Assembly (NCBI GenBank): GCA_012295275.1
Contig: CM022674.1
Location: 3,844,001-3,908,000, forward strand
DNA length: 64,000 bases
Source of the DNA: Chrysomallon squamiferum
Lineage: Eukaryota > Animalia > Mollusca
Reading direction: 5' to 3'
The position numbers were made by a program, and so were the translations under genes. This document shows positions 30,768 to 46,160 of this stretch, one piece after another (the first letter of the stretch is position 1; every line of letters begins with the position of its first letter). The notes under the pieces are model-generated. The model was not told the DNA's origin and did not search any database. It was given only the letters and a program-made list of their open reading frames with translations.

Positions 30768-31327
30768 GTACTAGTAGTAGTAGCAGCAGCAGCAGTAGTA
30801 ATAGTAGTAGTATTATTAATAGTTAATAATAACAGTGATAATATATATACCGTATGTAATTGTGGTTTGTCTTTCTTGCAGAAAGAGAGAGAGAGAGAAA
30901 AAAATATATGAATTTAACATTAAAACACATTTCAAAAATTATTTATATACATAAAATATAATACGTACATATGTAATTACATTATAATGTAAAATAAAAT
31001 ATAACAATATAACAAAACCTTTTTTCAGACATACATTATAATTTAACATAAATTTAACCAAAATGTAACAGAAACCTATTTGTGACATCACGGAAAAGGT
31101 CACCAGGGTTGCATGTCTAATTCTTCTCCCTAACAAAGATTTCTTTTTGTTCCTTTCGGCCATAAATTAAACCAGAACATTTAGAGTTTAATTTATAACA
31201 CAGCTGAGTCGGGTTTTGTACGTTTAATACGTTTAATGTCGTGACATTTTGATTACAGACGCGTCGAGTGATGTTTAAAAGGTGTACGAAATTATGTTAA
31301 CATTTCCGGTGTCATTTTGGCTAAGTT

Positions 31328-31406
<79 letters not shown>

Positions 31407-31480
31407 TGTGTGAAAGATTTATATACATACATGTGTACCTACATACATACATATATACAGACAGACAGACACACATGGAG

Positions 31481-31601
<121 letters not shown>

Positions 31602-32131
31602 GACTATGTCTCTGTGTGTGTCTATGTTTATGTGTCTGTTTATGTGTCTATGTTTTATGTGTCTGTGTGTGTGGATGTGTGCATCTGTATGTATGTACAT
31701 ATATATGGATCTGTTTGTGTATGTATGTGTGTAGAAATGCATGCATGGGGGATTTTAAACTTTGTATACGCACAGTCCAATACGTATGTGACGTATGAGT
31801 ATATGCATACTGTACTATTGTACTATCGAATCGAACACAGCCACAAATTTTAATTTGAAATGTCCGGTCCTAATGTTAACTAACGTTAGGAATATTTACG
31901 TGCACTTGTTAGAAGTTCGATGAAATACAGGATTTGTGTATACGTTATAAACATTACCATCGCTAATTTTCATTTATTTTATATTTCCATTTTGATTTAT
32001 TTGGAACCGACATATCATCATTTTCGTGTATGTAAATATAACGGAATAGTATTTTCATTCGGAAGATTTGTATCTAATTTTCATTTATTTTTATTTATTT
32101 ATTTATTTATCGTCATCTTCGTCATCATCAC

Positions 32132-32197
<66 letters not shown>

Positions 32198-32299
32198 GTT
32201 ATCTTCTGTCGATATTGCATCTAACACTTGTAAGTATTTGATCTACACAAAATGATTTGGAAAATGATAGTGACGACCTGTCGAAACCTTTTCGTATTT

Positions 32300-32790
32300 T
32301 TAGAATTCATCGTCAAAAGTAATTATTGCCCGCTTTACATTCCACGTAACCACACGATTACGTACAAATTCCATCGAAACAAGAGCACATTAAATAATTG
32401 TGACATTTATGGCACTCCGTACATTAGCAGACTACATTATCATTATAATTATAAATAGCAGTAGACGCTCGAATAATAATAATGACATTAATTTGTCGTA
32501 ACATTTTCGTCGTTCATAAATTCCATCGGGACAAGAGTTCAGTCACTAACTGTGACATTTACGGCACTCCGTAGATTCAGAAAAAAAAATAAATAATAGC
32601 ACACTAGACTCAGATACAGACGTTGACGTTAATCTGTAATCTTTCATAGATGATATATTCTAGTGGAACAAGTAATAGTTAATATGAAATAAGTAATATT
32701 TTCCTGTATGGCACTCCGTACATTTAGCATAGCCATTATTCATACATAATATATAAATAGAAATTCTGATTCGGAGATTGATGACGTTAA
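32300..32790. repeat. Degenerate repeat of about 150 bp, 3 copies
   Basis: ggcactccgta core occurs three times, each with a related aaattccatcg...tgtgacatttat flank. Confidence 0.65.
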
Positions 32791-33875
32791 TTCGGCGTGA
32801 CCTTGTCTAGGCTTCAATAAAAGCTGACCTTAGATTTTTGACGCTTCAAACATTTGACGTCTATATATACATACGAAACTAAATTCCTTTCTTATGAGTA
32901 CGCGATAATGGAAGTAAACTACGACATCAGCGGTGTTAACGACAACTTAACACGATAAACAACTTAATCATTGTTAACAGTTTTAAAAATGGAAAAAAAA
33001 AAAAATATATAGGAAAGATAAGAATAAAGAAGGTTTATTATGAAGAGTTTTATGAACTAGTAAAAGGGTCTAGGATGGATTTATTTTTATTATTATTATT
33101 ATTATTTGATGTTGTTGTTGTTGCTATTGTTGTCGTCATCGTCGTTGTTGTTGCTATTTTATTTATTACTATTCTGGTTATTAATCTGGATATTCGCAAA
33201 CTGGAACTTGTATTTAAAAAGAAAATAGAAAAAAAAAAATAGAAAAAAAAAAAAAAAAAAAAAAAGACATAAAAAATAAATAAATCCTAATTGCCTAACA
33301 GATCTGATTAACGATAATAATGTTCTTGTTAATGTGAGCAGAATGTTGACAGTGTTACCGCAAATACCAGTCTATGTACGTAGTGACGTCACGAGGGCAG
33401 ACTCCATACATTTCTTCCAGTTTGTTATTTTCTTTGTTTTCCTTTAGTATTAAAAAAGACAGGAACTGAGGGGAATAAAAAAAATAAAAAAAAAAATAAA
33501 TAAATAAATAAATAAATAATAATAATAATGAAATGGAAGACTTACTCGGAAAGATATATTTTTTAGTTGACGTTAAAAAAAACCTGAGATTTTCTTTTAA
33601 ATGTTATTTCTTTTTATGTTTTATTTTTTTCCCCCCAGGATTCCAGTATAATTACCTGCATTACTGCGAAGCTGACATCAAGCGAGTGAATAACATTTTG
33701 TTAAGGTGACACCTCTTCCTTGTATCTGCATAAAAAGTTCATAACTTTGGCGACCAACGGGTTTTTGACCATGTCATTGTACCTCATAAACGTGACTTGT
33801 GTGTTGTTAACACAGACACTAAGAAAAAAAAAAAAAAGCACCAACGTAAAGTTTAGTGACATCTGAATTGTAAAT

Positions 33876-33915
<40 letters not shown>

Positions 33916-34723
33916 TAATAAATTAAAAAAAAATAATAAAAAAAAATAGCTCGCTGAAGTTACTTTTCACATCTATTTTATGTAAGTTGTAGACAATGAA
34001 TTAATGGCGGTTTTAATAAAAATTTTGTACACGTTATTGTGGTTAACGGAACAGTTATTAAGACATACGGACGACGGACAGTCATTGTGTTCAAGTTTCG
34101 CTAATAAAAAACATTTGTTTCTGTAGTCGCCAAAAAGATTCAAACAGGTTCAAAATATTACTACGACAGCTACAACAACTACTTCTACTACAGCTACAAC
34201 AACTACTTCTGCTCCAGCTACTACTTCTACTACTACTACAACTACTGCTACTGCTACTAGTACTACTGCAACTATTACTGTTATTGCTACTACTGCTACT
34301 TACTACTACTACTACTACAAACAACTTAAAACTACTACAACTACTACTACCACTACTACTAGTACTGACTACTGCAACTACTACTATTATAGCTGCTACT
34401 ACTACTACTACTACTGCCACTACTAGTACTAAAACAATATTACTATTACTGCTACTACTTTTTGCATACTATTGCTACCTACTACTACTACTGCTACTAC
34501 TACTACAGCTGTATTATTTCTACTACTACTAGTACTTACTGCTATTATATCAAAATTAAAACAACATCAGGTATACTTACCACTACCACCACCACCACTG
34601 CTTCTACTACTGCTACTACTACTACTACTACTATTACTAACAACAGCAATAACAAACAGTAACAATAGCAGTTAATAATTTATAACAATAACAATTTTTG
34701 GAAGAAAACAAATTGAATAAAAC

Positions 34724-34764
<41 letters not shown>

Positions 34765-35144
34765 AAGAAAGAAAAATGAAACAAATATCTTGTTTTTGTA
34801 ATAATTTATTAAAGACATTTTAAAACGGTAATAAGTTACAAAACGATAAAAGAGAAATAAAAAAGGGGAGAAAAGTTGTGTAAAACAAGCACCTTGTTTT
34901 TGCTGTTATTTATGTTGTTTAGCGATTCCATCTGACGAGTTTATGTCTTGCAGCAGAAAAACTAACAAGTAGTTTTATGAATGAAAGAACTAAAGGCCAA
35001 CACTGCCAGGTAAATCTTTTTAAAATACTCTGTAGCATTATGTGGAATAAGATTTTTGTTTTAAATAAACTACCATCATCATCATTATCATCGTCATTGT
35101 CGTCCTCAACGTCATCTTTATCTTATTATTATCTTGTTGCTGAC

Positions 35145-35204
<60 letters not shown>

Positions 35205-35872
35205 GTTATTAATTAATTTTTTTATTAGAAGAAAAGATAATAATCATTTCAACAGAAAACTTTGATTTTATAATCCATAAATTTTTAAATGTTTTTTTTT
35301 TTTTATTTTTTTTTTTTTCTATATTCACTTTGACTGATGCAGACCATTACGTGTTTGAGTGTTTTTCACTCTTAATCCATACATTTTAGAAACATTTCGT
35401 TTCATACAGAACTTTTAATTTTTTGAAAATTTATTCGATTATTTAGGACTGCAGCATATTTTTACATATAATTATATATATATATATATATATATACATT
35501 TTCTAACATATTTTGTAGTTATCAGAAACTTGGACGGCATATTTTCCATCTAAAATTTAAATTATCAGATTTACGTTTATAACAAAATATCACGACAAAG
35601 AGATATTTGAGTAGACTTTAATATTGTATCGTAGCTACATTTTTAATATATACAAACTACGTCATCATATGAATGTCTTAAGTGAAACCACCACAATTAG
35701 ATACTTCAATATTTTATATTTTTCATCAATAATTATTAATAATAAAATTTAAGTTTATTAAGAAATGTCACAACAGAACGATGTTAAAGTAGAATTTATC
35801 ATATATGTATGTACGTAAGTATGAGTGTGTGTATATGTATGTGTGTGTGTGTGTATTTGTATGTATGTATAT

Positions 35873-35903
<31 letters not shown>

Positions 35904-36492
35904 CACACGCACACACACATACGTTCAATCATAAAAAAACATACACACATACATACAGACACCTCACTCAATACGCAGTCAAACGCACGTCCATATTCTC
36001 TGGATGAAGTTTATAAACAATGTTAAAGAAAATGAACACAAGACAACACAGGACAGACGGGTGAATAAAAAAAATAAATAAATAAATAAATAAATAAAAC
36101 AAAAAATGAAAACAACAAACAAAGAAACGAACAAAAACTATCACGATTTCCCAAATTCTTTTTATTAAAAGACGTCACAGAAAAAAAAGAAATAAATAAA
36201 AAACGAAAAAAATCACCCCAATAATAATAAAAAAACAACAATAAAATAAGAAAAAAAAACAACAACGAATAAATAGAAATCGAACGGAATTGATAATACT
36301 AACCACTGTCTCGCCAACAACAACAACAAAAAAACCACACGTCACAATCAGCCCGAACGGTCACGTGACACTACGATGCATGCGTAATATGATAGATGTC
36401 TTAACCTTTGACCTGACTCTAGCCAGTTGTCTTTCCTTGGACTTGTCTCCAGAACGACATTGGATTATAACGAAGTTGACCAGAGAGGAAGT

Positions 36493-36688
36493 ATGATGTA
36501 CTTTCTTGGGCTAGCAGCGATTTTCGTCTTATGGCCAGGTCAGATGTCAAAGGTCGAAGGCCAGAACGTGATGGGAGGGTGCCAGTATCTAAGCAGCCAG
36601 AGGAGCAGATACCCGGTGAATACGGCCCCGTTTGAGTTGGTGACGAGATCTAAGAAAATGAAGGTGACAAGAGGATGGCCGATAGAAG
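36493..36688 (+). CDS. Secreted reeler-like protein, alternative first exon 1a (signal peptide and N-terminus)
   Basis: MMYFLGLAAIFVLWPGQMSKVEG followed by QNVMGGCQYLSSQRSRYPVNTAPFELVTRSKKMKVTRGWPIE. G|gtaaac donor in phase 1, compatible with the exon at 42543. Confidence 0.8.
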
Positions 36689-36697
36689 GTAAACATT

Positions 36698-36734
<37 letters not shown>

Positions 36735-36768
36735 ACGAAAACAAATAACGAAAATGATTATTGAAAAG

Positions 36769-36803
<35 letters not shown>

Positions 36804-37589
36804 ATTAAAAAAATAATAATAGAGAGAAAGAAAAAAGAATAACTGATGGAAAAAAAAAACGAAACAAACAGAATACAAGGAAGAGCGAAAGATAAATGAA
36901 ATGGACAGAAGGAAATTATAGAAGAAAAAAAAACAGAAACGAAGAAAATCATGGAAAAGGATCGAAGAAAAAACGAAAAATTATATAAAAAAGATAAAGA
37001 AAGACTAGATGAAAGAATATATATATATAAAGAAATGAAAGAATAACGGAAGGAAAACGGGAAACTTGAGAAAGAAAAGCTAATAAGTATAATTTCAAAA
37101 TATTCCGATATTTTTGTGACCATTTTAAATTAAGGTTTGAGGCTTCATAAATATTTGTCAGTTTGTTATCTAGCGATGCTGCTGATGCTACTGATGCTGC
37201 TGCTGCTGAATTGGTTTATTTTTTTATGTCGTAATTGGCTGAAATATTTGTTTGAAATCCTAAGTAAAGTTACTATCAAATCCCCAGTGGTCCTCTTTTT
37301 AGTTAAATTTATTTAGACTAACATAATCAGAGACTTTACCCATCTCTCTTTCTGCCTGTCTGTCTGTCTGTCTTGTCTGTCTGCGTATTTATCTATCTAT
37401 CTATCTGTCTGTCTGTCTTTTCTATCAGTCAATCAATCTATCTAGCTATCTAATCTATCTGTCTATGTATGTTTGTGTGTATATATATATATATATGTAT
37501 GTATTTTCTATCTCTCTGTCTGCCTTGTCTGTCTATCTATCAATCAATCAATCTATCTAATCTATCATTCAATCTATCTATCTAATCTA

Positions 37590-37670
<81 letters not shown>

Positions 37671-37681
37671 AAATGTGTATA

Positions 37682-37712
<31 letters not shown>

Positions 37713-38579
37713 ATTTCTATCTGTCTGTATGTTTGTCTATCTGTCTGACTATCCAGCTAATTCTGGCTTTCTATTAGGTAAATATATATATAAATCCATT
37801 ACTTTGTCTCTCTGTCTGTCTCTCTGTCTGTCAATCCATCCATCAGTCTGTCTTTCCTTTATTCACTGTTCATTTTTTTCATTTGCACATGCACGCACAT
37901 CGGAGATTTCTTTTACATACATTTTGATATACGTAAGGTTTAACATAAATAACAAACAAACAAGAATTTTGTTTTTTACTGTTATTGCCCTTTTAATCGC
38001 TTTTTAACGGTTTAATAAATTAAACCAAATACCAAGATATATATATATATATATATATACATACATACAAAATACATTTATTCATTCTTTTTTTCTTTTC
38101 ATTTTTCACTACTACTACTAATACCACAATCATCACAACTAATGATTCTGATACTACAACCACTACGACGGCCACTACTAAATCTGCTCCTCCTCCTCCT
38201 CCTATTACAACTACTACTGTTATTACTAATTCTACTACTACTACTACATCTACTGTTATGTCTAATTCTACAACTATTATTACTACTACTACTGTTACTA
38301 CTAATTCTACGACAATTGCTATTACTTTTTCTACTATCATTTCAGATACTATTTTAGTTACTACAAATACTATTATCACTTACTATTACTATTGTTGCTG
38401 TCACAATACTAGTACTGCTACTTCCAATTGTAAGCGACTATACTGTATGAAGATTTTGTTCATTTTACAATCCAGATTTTGTGTGATTAATCCCAAAATC
38501 ATTTCATTTCACCGGAGGAAACAGATACCGGATTATATGTAAACAATAATAAACCATAAACATTTTATTTTTTTAAATG

Positions 38580-38616
<37 letters not shown>

Positions 38617-38987
38617 AACAAAGACAGAAAGAAAGAACAATAAAGAAAAGAAAAAAAAAAAAAAAAAAATACAAAACAAACTTACAAACAAGACGATCAT
38701 CCCCCCCCAAAAAATTAGACACAAAAAAAAACAAACACACGCACACATTCTCATATATATATATATATATACTTGCACACATACACGCATGGAACACGCA
38801 CGCACACATATTAATAAAACGGACATATCGTGCTAAATAAAACCCAGATGTTCTAGAAAAGGTAACTGTGACGTAAATAAATTAATATTTTATCACGTTT
38901 TTGTCAGGGCATGCACACCACATTCTGGTTAGACAGTAGAAAATTAAAAATAGAACGAGAAGAATGACTTCTTTAAATAGAAGAGTC

Positions 38988-39018
<31 letters not shown>

Positions 39019-39178
39019 AAGATAGCAAAATTGATTAAAATATTAAAATTATTTACCCAAAAGAAACTACCATCAGTACAACAACAACAATTATAATAAT
39101 AAGAAGAAAAAGAAAAGAAATGAATATAGAGATCGAAAATAAAAGATAAAGCAAAATAAGAAAAAGAAAAAAAAAAAG

Positions 39179-39238
<60 letters not shown>

Positions 39239-39375
39239 AAACAAAGGGAAAGAAATTATACTTAAAAGGAATTATTTTCTTGTCATTTTTCTTTCTTTCT
39301 TTCGTTCTTTTTTCTTTTGAAGAGCATCTCATTAATATTAATGAATCAGGTCATGTCATTTGTTATCTCAAACAA

Positions 39376-39436
39376 TCACGTGACGTCATCATGGACAATA
39401 AAAACCGTGTGTCGTTGGGAAAACTCCTCCTATAAA
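39376..39436 (+). promoter_or_regulatory. Proximal promoter of reeler-like exon 1b
   Basis: Overlapping TCACGTGACGTCA (E-box and CRE) at 39376-39388; TATAAA at 39431, about 95 nt upstream of the ATG. Confidence 0.6.
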
Positions 39437-39526
39437 GAACATAGCGAAAATCGTGCTGGAATGAATTGAGCATAAGAATCAAAATCTTAAAACAAATAGG
39501 AAATTTAAAAAAAAATAAAAATAAAA

Positions 39527-39725
39527 ATGATCATGTTACTTGTGGGACTGATTTTACCAGTAGCGTTCTCATGGATGGTACCAAGTGTCCATGGATTTGG
39601 TATGATGTTGGGAGCCTGCCAATATCTGAGTAGTCGAAGGAGTCGTTATCCTGTTAATACCGCTCCTTTTGAACTTGTCACGAGATCGTACAAACCCGAG
39701 GTTACCCGAGGATGGCCGATTGAAG
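39527..39725 (+). CDS. Secreted reeler-like protein, alternative first exon 1b
   Basis: MIMLLVGLILPVAFSWMVPSVHG followed by FGMMLGACQYLSSRRSRYPVNTAPFELVTRSYKPEVTRGWPIE. G|gtaaaa donor in phase 1; TATAAA at 39431. Confidence 0.85.
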
Positions 39726-39786
39726 GTAAAATGAAAAGTTTTATCATTAAATGGCTAAAAGAGTAAGTGAGAATATATATATAATA

Positions 39787-39932
<146 letters not shown>

Positions 39933-40053
39933 ACACACACACACACACACAGACACACACAGAAAGTAAATATACCTTTAGATTTTGAATTCTAACAAAG
40001 CATCGTAATAAATTCCGAAAAGTTTCGAATCAAAGAAAGAAAGATAAATAGAT

Positions 40054-40170
<117 letters not shown>

Positions 40171-40748
40171 TAGATATATATCTGGAGAGATAACCATCGC
40201 TCATTCATTCATACGATATACATTTATGCATACATACATACATACATACATACATACACATTCACAGAGACATATATTAAAACCTACATTTTTAGCAAAA
40301 AGGCAAAATAAAGTTCAAAGGAAAATATAATTAAAAAAACAAAAGAAAAGAAAAAAGAAAAAAGAATAGCATGTATACATATATAGACACACACGCACAC
40401 ACATACTTGCAGAAAACACTAGACATTGTTTAGATTAACGAAAGGAAATAGTAAACAATTAAGATGTCAACAGTAAACATGTAGCTCATTAATTACAATG
40501 TCTGTGACCTCCGAATAGCTTGATGTCGTTACACAACAAACCAAGTTAAATCCTTACCCTCAACTTGACACTGACCTTAGTCTGACGTATTTCTTTATGA
40601 GCAATTTCGTATTTCCCATTTACGTTAAATTAACCTGACTTCATTTAACACTGTTTTATGTGTTTGTATATGTGTCTGTGTGTGTGTGTGTGTGATGTAT
40701 TTATATATGTTTTGGTTTTTGTATACACGTAGATGCATGTACGTATGT

Positions 40749-40849
<101 letters not shown>

Positions 40850-41578
40850 TTTTTTATGTATGTTTGAATGTATGTATGTATATAAATCTATATATATCTA
40901 TATCTATATGTATCTGTCTATATATCTATCTATCTCTCTGTCTATCTATCTATAGATGCGTGTGTGTGTGTATGTTTGAGTGTATTATGTACGTATGCAT
41001 CTGCGTATATCTACTGAAAATGTCTGAATATTTCTACACGTGTATGAACTTGTTAATACTTCTTTGTAGTTTTTGCAGACGGCATCATTAATATCACTTT
41101 GCTAAGCACAGACTAAAACGTTACAAAGGGTCTGCCAAAAGGCGCCCGAAGCAGTTTCATTTTAAGACGATTTTTATTTTTGATTTATTTTTTTTTATTT
41201 TCCATGCAGTCAGTTTCAGAGTGCGTTACCGACACGTTTATCTACAGGTATGATTTACACCTGTAAAAAAGTAATCTATATATCACACCTGGGACCTATC
41301 AGGTCTAAATATAAATCAGGATTATGTTAGGTGTCAATGAACTGTTAGGATACGAAACAGTCTTCGTTTTTTTTTTTTTTTTTTTGTGCTATTTTGTATT
41401 TTTTTTTTGTTCTGCTTTGAATCTTTTGTCACTTTTTAATGCTTATATGTCTGACAGTGTTAATGTCTTGTTTATGTGCATATCTATATATATATACATG
41501 ATTTATATCTACATGCATACATACATATATACATACTGCATGCATTCATAGATATAAATCATGTATATATATATATAT

Positions 41579-41639
<61 letters not shown>

Positions 41640-42542
41640 TTTTTTTATACATAATTTATATGCATTCATAGATATAAATATAAACTTTCTGTCTACCGAA
41701 ACTTATTATTATTATTATTATTTTTTTTATCACTAAACTGTTTATATTTCTCTCAGGTATTTATACCTGTCGTTATAACGGCGACTACCACTTCTCCCAA
41801 AAATCTGGAACCGGCCCTTTGCCCCGGCACATTAACGCTAAAAGCTGAACATTTATCATTAGCCAAGTCTTCGCAATGACGTTTCGTGTCAGAGTATTGT
41901 GCGTTTAATGAAAATATCGTGATAGCAAATCCCACCTGTCTCGTTTTCTCACGGCACGATTTATCTTCGGCTGGTACAGTCATCTCTTTTGACAACGCGT
42001 TGTTACGGGTCATCGCTAATGACGTCAGCCATTGTTGTGACGTCACTTCAGGGGAGATAATAATGTTAATAAAAATAATAATGATGATGATGATGATGAT
42101 GACATTGATGACGATGAAAATGATGATTATGATTATAACGATGATGATGATGATAATAATAATAATGATGATGATGATAATGATAATGATGAAATTGATG
42201 ACGACGAAAATGATGATTATGATTATAACGATGATGATGATGATGATGATGATGATGATAATAACGACAACTGTGATAAAAAAAACTACAAAAAACAACA
42301 ATAAAAAGAAACATTAAAATTAATTGAATATTATTAATGACTTCATAAAGATTTCTCTTTATTTCTTTATTTATTTATTTATTTACTGGGTTCTTTCTTA
42401 TTTATCAGTTGCATATCATTTATTTTCAACAACTTCTTTTTTTTTTAAAGATAATTACGTAAATACATTCACTAGAGAATATATTCCTCGTCGCTTTTAA
42501 AAAAAAAAAAAAAAAAATTAATCATCATATTTCTCGTTTCAG

Positions 42543-42861
42543 TGACGATCAAACCGTGGAACGCCCTTCCGAGCGACAACTTCACAGACTTCATCGTCTT
42601 TGCCACCGACGCCAACGCAGTCAACCCCGCCATGGGCACAGGACCCGTCGGCGTCTTCGCAATCCATCCATATTGGTCGCATGGCGCCAGCGGCTTCCGG
42701 TGCACGCGCAGCGCGCAAGGATACGACGGCGTGGGAAGCATTCAGCATTATCGGATGCAGAATTCGCGCAACTCGAGGAAGATGCCGGTGGCGAGGAGAG
42801 GGGGTGCGTTCCTGTGGTTCCCCAGCGAGTCAGCAATGACTCTGGAACATCTCCTGTTTGT
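42543..42861 (+). CDS. Secreted reeler-like protein, exon 2 (domain core)
   Basis: tttcag acceptor, GT|gtgagt donor. VTIKPW..NFTDFIVFA..PVGVF..FRC..FLWFPS..LLFV follows the reeler pattern (IeVtI, FxxFxxxA, vGxF, C, WxP, F). Family call made by eye. Confidence 0.8.
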
Positions 42862-43091
42862 GTGAGTATGAATATTAATTAGTGTTGGTCACGTGGCACA
42901 AAAGTAAACAATTTTTATTTTTTATTTTTTTTTAACTGCTTTACTATTTGTTGACATGTTGTCTCGTGTTCAGCTTTAAAAATTACTCTAGTCTGTTGAG
43001 CAAGTAAGCACTTGTGTGTCTTTGGCAGAAGATATGGACCAATCAAAGTGAGAGTTACAACTGAAGTCAGATGTAAAACTATTTCTTATTG

Positions 43092-43138
<47 letters not shown>

Positions 43139-43378
43139 ATGAATTTATATAACTATCACGTGTGCGTGAGTGTGTGTGTGTGTGTGTATACGTGTGTATC
43201 TCCGTGTAATTAGTATAGTGTTTTTTTTTTTGTTTTTTTTTATTATTATTATTTTTTAACTATTTCTATTTAAATCGATGATTATTTTGTTATTCTTTTT
43301 CTTTGTTGTTGTTGTTGTTATTACCAGTTTGTTGCTGTTATTATTGTTGTTATTACTATTATTATTTATATTTTGCAG

Positions 43379-43461
43379 CGGACATTTAAAAATGGAGAAT
43401 CAATGGTATAAAATAGAATCGAGATTGTGGAAGGTCCATAACCCACCTCCAGCATGGCAGA
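43379..43461 (+). CDS. Secreted reeler-like protein, exon 3
   Basis: ttgcag acceptor, A|gtaagt donor, phase 2-1. Encodes GHLKMENQWYKIESRLWKVHNPPPAWQ. Confidence 0.78.
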
Positions 43462-44420
43462 GTAAGTTTTTATCATCATCATCATCACCACCAGAATCAT
43501 ATTAATCACGGCTATAGTCATTATCTTTATCATCGTTGATATTGTTGTTACTTTCGTTACCTTCATAATCATTATTATTATTATTATTATTACTTGATTA
43601 TGAACGGTTTTCACAAGAAATACAAACACTGTGCCACACATTGTTTGTCAAAAGAAAAGCCTTAGTATCAAGATATTTTTTCACCTTCGTTAGTAATCTA
43701 AGATTAATAATGATACTGACCTGAATCCAAAATACCCACCAACCGAATTCTAGCCAGTGGTCACAGTAAATATTACTTCGTTATCTTTGACTGGCCTTAT
43801 ATTTTGCTAATATTGTGATAAATAAAATATATTGGCATACAGCAGAAAATATTTGCCGTTCCGGACAGCGCTGCATATCGGATTTATGAAAGGCAGTTAT
43901 ACTGTTACTGTTTCTGGGAAGGTTCAGGAAAATTTTCCTTCCTGCTAATTGATACGAGTAGGTAACTGGGTAATAGTAGCGAACGCCAGATTGTAAAGTA
44001 ACCAATAGAGGTATTTTTATTTTTTATTATTATTATTTTAAGTGATGTTTAAGTCCCCGTTATGTCTTAGAAACATTAAACGATAAATCTTCTACTAATA
44101 TTTGTCAATATGAGTATTAAAATTGATGAGGTATCGTTTATTTCAACTCTTGTTTCGGAAACCGAAAGAATCGAATAAGTATAAATAAATTAATTAATAC
44201 GATAATATAAACTAAATAAAATCATTAAAGAAAATAATAATAATAAAAATAGTAAAAAAATAATTAAAATAATAATAATAATAATAATAAAGAAATAAAA
44301 AACAACAAAAAAAACCCCTCAAAAACAAACACTTTTCTTTTTATATATTAACCACTTTATTTCTAAGTAACGTCATTACGTCATAACAACTATGACGTCA
44401 CCGGTAACTATGAAAACCGT

Positions 44421-44665
44421 TTAACCGAAAAATCCATAGCTGGTACGGTACATGTAGTGCTGCACCATGGTGTAGTTGAGATTGAGGTTGGGACAAGAGA
44501 TACAAGCAGAGCACATGGCGATTGCTTGACAAGCCTGGATTCCGTTGCACATCGGATTCCTGATGTCGATTCCGTATCCGGAAACGGTTGGGTAGGTGTA
44601 ACGTGCAATACAATATGGCGGGCATGTTGGCGTCATTGCTGTAATTTTGGTGTCGTCGCAAGTCT
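44421..44665 (-). CDS. Small secreted Cys-rich protein, terminal exon variant B
   Basis: ttccag acceptor in phase 1, 245 nt. TCDDTKITAMTPTCPPYC...MYRTSYGFFG*; 14 of 80 residues differ from variant A. AATAAA (-) near 44356-44361. Confidence 0.83.
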
Positions 44666-44690
44666 CTGGAAAAATAAATAAATAAAAAAA

Positions 44691-44722
<32 letters not shown>

Positions 44723-44877
44723 GACCGATACTAAATTTTGGGAGGTCGAGGTGATAATTGTGAATAAATAAATAAATAAATTAATTAATTAATAAATAAT
44801 AACCGAAATTATATAAAAAAAAAAATCTACAAAAGAAACGGGAATTAAAAATAACTAACAATAAATAAATAAAGAAG

Positions 44878-44912
<35 letters not shown>

Positions 44913-45124
44913 GAAACAATTTTCATTATAAATTAATTCACTGACAAGAAAGTTTAGTTCTGTATATGTGTATATATATATATATGGCGGTACTAGTTTG
45001 TTTGGCGGAACAATATTCTAGACGAATTAAATATTATTTGTAATTTAAACATTCATCCAACACAATACTTATTGTAAATAAGGATATAAAGGTTGAAATT
45101 TAATTATACTTTAAAACAAATAAG

Positions 45125-45155
<31 letters not shown>

Positions 45156-45935
45156 AGACAACGAGGATAAATTTCTTAATTAATGAATTTAAAAAAAATA
45201 TTTTTATAAAAACATTTTTTAAACTTATTTTTTTTTCTCTAAAATAAAATTTATACTCAGCTCTGTTTTCAAGAAGACTTAAGCCAATAATTATTCGTCC
45301 AGTGTCTTCGCTACGAAACTGCCCTTAATAACTTGTCTGCGATTCGAGTTTAATGTACTTCCCAGTACAGATACGTTGTAGGAACAATTACACTGATTCG
45401 GAAGTAACGACATCGGAAATATGGCATGGGCGGAAATATATCAAGCGTAGGATAGTTTAGAAAGATTATTGCTCTTTACCTGTCGAGTCTCAAGAAGAAA
45501 AAAAAGGAAATATAAAATAAAAATAAATAAATAAATGAAGAATAAAGGAAAGAACGAATATGCACGAGCCAATAAAGAAAACTACGGTTGTCATTTTGTT
45601 TCATGTTTTTGTTCAAATTCAAGAATGACTACGGAATTAAAGAAAAGATGGCTGCTGTCTTTTTTTGTTACTGATATAACTTTAAAAATAAAAAGATTTC
45701 TATATTAAAAAACATTATTAATAAAAAAAAAAAAAAAAAAATTAAAAAAATAATAATAATTAAAAAATTGAAATGACTTTTACTTTTACTTTTATATAAA
45801 ATTTTTAATAATTTTGTGCGTATAATAAAGTTTGTGTAGCAAAAGAATCCCAAAGCTACTAAATATCATTATTTCTGCTGCTCGGAAAAAAAAAAAAAAA
45901 AAATCGGAATTCGGAATTTCAAATATGGGATCCTC

Positions 45936-45974
<39 letters not shown>

Positions 45975-46021
45975 TAAAATAAATAAATATTCACAATCAA
46001 AATACATTTAAAAAAATCAAG

Positions 46022-46052
<31 letters not shown>

Positions 46053-46160
46053 ATCGGCGTTTTCGGCTTCGTTAAATCTTTATCTTTATTATTATTTTTT
46101 ATATATATACTAATATTATATCACGATGTCATCGGTATTGTCGGTAACCATAGAAACCGT

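Noticed and set aside
30939-31163. ORF MAERNKKKSLLGRRIRH... with a donor-like site near 31075
   Set aside because: No recognisable homology or supported in-frame partner exon. It may be a 5'UTR exon of the FAAP20-like gene, but this cannot be supported.
44421-44440. Tachykinin-like reading of the C-terminal GFFG
   Set aside because: Does not match FxGLM/FxGxR-amide and has no flanking dibasic cleavage site.
45240-45500. Possible second first exon for Cys-rich variant B
   Set aside because: Reading the minus strand shows no ATG plus signal peptide and no similarity to 47312-47426, so shared use of exon 1 is preferred.
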